Shown here: positions 61,853-64,000 of the stretch, piece by piece
Position numbering within the stretch: position 1 is the stretch's first letter
How the letters are laid out: each line of letters opens with the position of its first letter
Assembly (NCBI GenBank): GCA_958009085.1
Contig: OY253684.1
Coordinates: 186,001-250,000, forward strand
Origin: Protoeuglena noctilucae
Taxonomy: Eukaryota
Length of the DNA stretch: 64,000 bases
Reading direction: 5' to 3'
Position numbers and translations under genes: made by a program
The notes under the pieces: generated by a model
The model's input: the letters and a program-made list of their open reading frames with translations, nothing else
What the model was told of the DNA's origin: nothing
Databases searched by the model: none

Positions 61853-62347
61853 CGCTAGATTGCTGCGCGGACGATGCGCCCGAGCCAGCGGCCGCGCAAA
61901 CTGCTTTGGTGAGGCGCGGCGGGCACCTGCTCCTGGCCGCGCTCGCATGCGCGCCGCGCCTTGTCCAGGGACATCTCCATCGAGAAAGACAGGTCAGGTC
62001 CCACGCCACGCTCAGCGCGCCGGTGTTGCGGCTCTCATCCGGTCCGGCCCCCGTAGCAGTGAAAAACACAAAAAAGGGGCGAGAACCTTGTCAATCCAGC
62101 CGCGTCGCTACTAAGGGGGTACAGATCGGAAGCATGCGATCAGTCGTGTGGAGGCGTTTCGGCGCACGGGTGACTCCCCAAGTGAAGCATGTTTCTGACT
62201 GTCGGGGTTAAAAAGCGCTCGCCGGTCGCCGGGTCGGGGTCGTTGAGACCGCCGCCGATCCAGCAGAGCCGCCCCTTCACCCATCTTGCCCGCTAAACAG
62301 GGCGTAGACCTTTCAAGAGTCGGCAGCACCCAGGAGACTGGGGCGGG

Positions 62348-63645
62348 ATGCCCAAAGCGAAAGCGGGCGCGCAGGGGGAGCACGAGGACGACTTTTACGC
62401 CATCCTCCAGGTCGACCGGGACGCTGACCGGGTGCGTGTGGACAATCCTCGCTGAGAGAGAGAGAGCTCGCGCTGTGTGGCCGGCTGATGCCCGCACTCC
62501 TTACCGCAGGACACGATTCGCAAAGCTTACCTGAGACTTGCGCTGGCGCTCCACCCCGACAAAAATTCCGGAGACGAACAGGCCAAGCAAAGGTTCCAGA
62601 AACTCCAGGAGGTGTACCGTGTCCTGAGCAGTCCAGAATTGAGGAAGGCATACGATGACTTTGGCCCCAGCGCGGTCGACGCTTCAGGTGCAGCACCGTG
62701 CGCAGTTGGCTTCATTGGCTCCAACTGCATCTCTGCATCCCACCCCTGTACGCGCTGGTGGCTCACCATGTGCCGTCGCACGTCTCCGCAGAGAGCGACT
62801 TTGACGGCCTGGCCGCCTTCTTCAGGACTGCGTTCCGGCAGGTCAACGAGGCAGAGATCGAGTCCTTTGCCCAGGCGAGCGCTGAGACCTGGGAGCCGGC
62901 GCCCGTAGAGGGGAAGGGACGCACGCAGCAGATCCGCGTCACATCATGCGTGTCCCGACGTCGCAGACGTACCGGGGCAGCGACGAGGAGCGCGGCGACC
63001 TGCTGCGCTTGTTTGAGGAGAAGGGCGGCGACATGGGCGAGGTGTTTGACTTCCTGATGCTCAGCAGGCCTGACGTGGACTCGCACCGGTTTGCCGATGC
63101 CATCGACGAGGCCATCGGCCAGGGCAAGGTCAAGTCTTATGCGCCATACAAGCGTTGGAGGCAGGTGGGCCGGCGCAACTTCGTTTGGCTGCCGTGCTTG
63201 CATAAGCCGAGCCAAGCCTGCCGAGCTTGGCCCGCTGTACGGCTCTGCAGAAGGTCGCCAAGACGCCGCGGCCAAAGAAGGACCCACTGGCGGCCCCCGA
63301 GTCGAGGGGAGAGGGGCCAAGCAAAGGGGGCGCGCTGGTCCACGCCATTCAACAGCGACGCGGAGAGCGGGAGCGGGCGTTCGACATGCTGCTTGCTAAG
63401 GTGACCACGCGAAGAAGCAGTCGGCTGATGCTCCACTGGCCCAGATGCAGAGCTACCAGTGGCGCGCCCCAAGCCCTCCGCAGTACGAGGGTGGGGGCCA
63501 ACCAAAGGGGGGCAAACGCAGTCGGAGGGAAAGGGAGCCGACGGAGGAGGAGTTCCAGGCGGCGCGGAGGGCGATGGAGGAGAGGGGCACGAACAGCAAG
63601 ATGGGGAAGGAGCAGAAGTCACGCGAGCCTAAGAGGAGGAAGTAA
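62348..63645 (+). CDS. J-domain protein, DNAJC9-like
   Basis: DFYAILQV..IRKAYLRLALALHPDKN, YRGSDEERGDLL, SRPDVDSHRF and EPTEEEFQAAR. Confidence 0.88.
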
Positions 63646-63671
63646 GTTAAACAGTGCTGCCCCCTTGCGCC

Positions 63672-64000
63672 TCAGTCCCGCTTGGCCACTGGCTCGAAAA
63701 AGTGCTTCCATGCCCCCCTGCGGGTAGAGGGATGCGGCTTGGCCGTGTTTGCCTGCCGGAGGGTTGGCCCAGGCCGACCCTGCCCGAGCCTGCCTGCACC
63801 TGAAGTAAATGGCGAAGGACCATGCGGAGAGCACCGCGGCCGCCCACAGCACGACGAAAGAGACCACGACGACCGCGTCCCTGCAAGGGGGCAGGGGCAT
63901 GGCAGTGGCGAATTCCGAGACCCCGACAAGGCGCAGCTTTCTGCACTCCTCTCCCTCACCTCCTGCCCGGGTCATGGAGCCCCAGCCGCCGGACAAACGC
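63672..64000 (-). CDS. 3' end of a membrane protein, possibly a CDP-alcohol phosphatidyltransferase (PGP synthase-like); partial
   Basis: Hydrophobic exon VVVVSFVVLWAAAVLSAWSFAIYF followed by GAWKHFFEPVAKRD*. The diagnostic motif would lie outside the window. Confidence 0.4.

Noticed and set aside
1..64000. tRNA, rRNA, snRNA or transposon signatures
   Set aside because: None recognised by eye. A covariance-model and repeat-library scan would be needed to exclude small ncRNAs.

Overview
This is a gene-dense, very GC-rich, intron-rich eukaryotic nuclear segment, most consistent with a chlorophyte green alga. Support: plastid-related CGL160, PRDA1 and POLLUX/PEC-like genes, a NIT2-like RWP-RK factor, and TGTAA poly(A)-type signals after several stop codons. 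About 24 protein-coding genes can be pieced together by hand from spliced exons, so exon boundaries and some starts are approximate. I found no tRNA, rRNA, CRISPR array or recognisable transposon, and there is one 200-nt N gap. The main observations are: (1) a divergent, head-to-head pyruvate formate-lyase and PFL-activating-enzyme pair, both with organelle-targeting-like N-termini; (2) an intron-containing gene whose spliced product follows the motif order of a prokaryotic pRiA4b-ORF3-related Zn-binding family, a candidate domesticated horizontal transfer; (3) a small protein with two BAG6-like motifs and no UBL domain; (4) a secreted fasciclin protein ending in a G-RRRR amidation-type signal; (5) frequent GC-AG introns; (6) a frameshifted F-box/ankyrin gene; (7) a candidate 36-aa microprotein. 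Family assignments come from motif recognition from memory, not from database searches.
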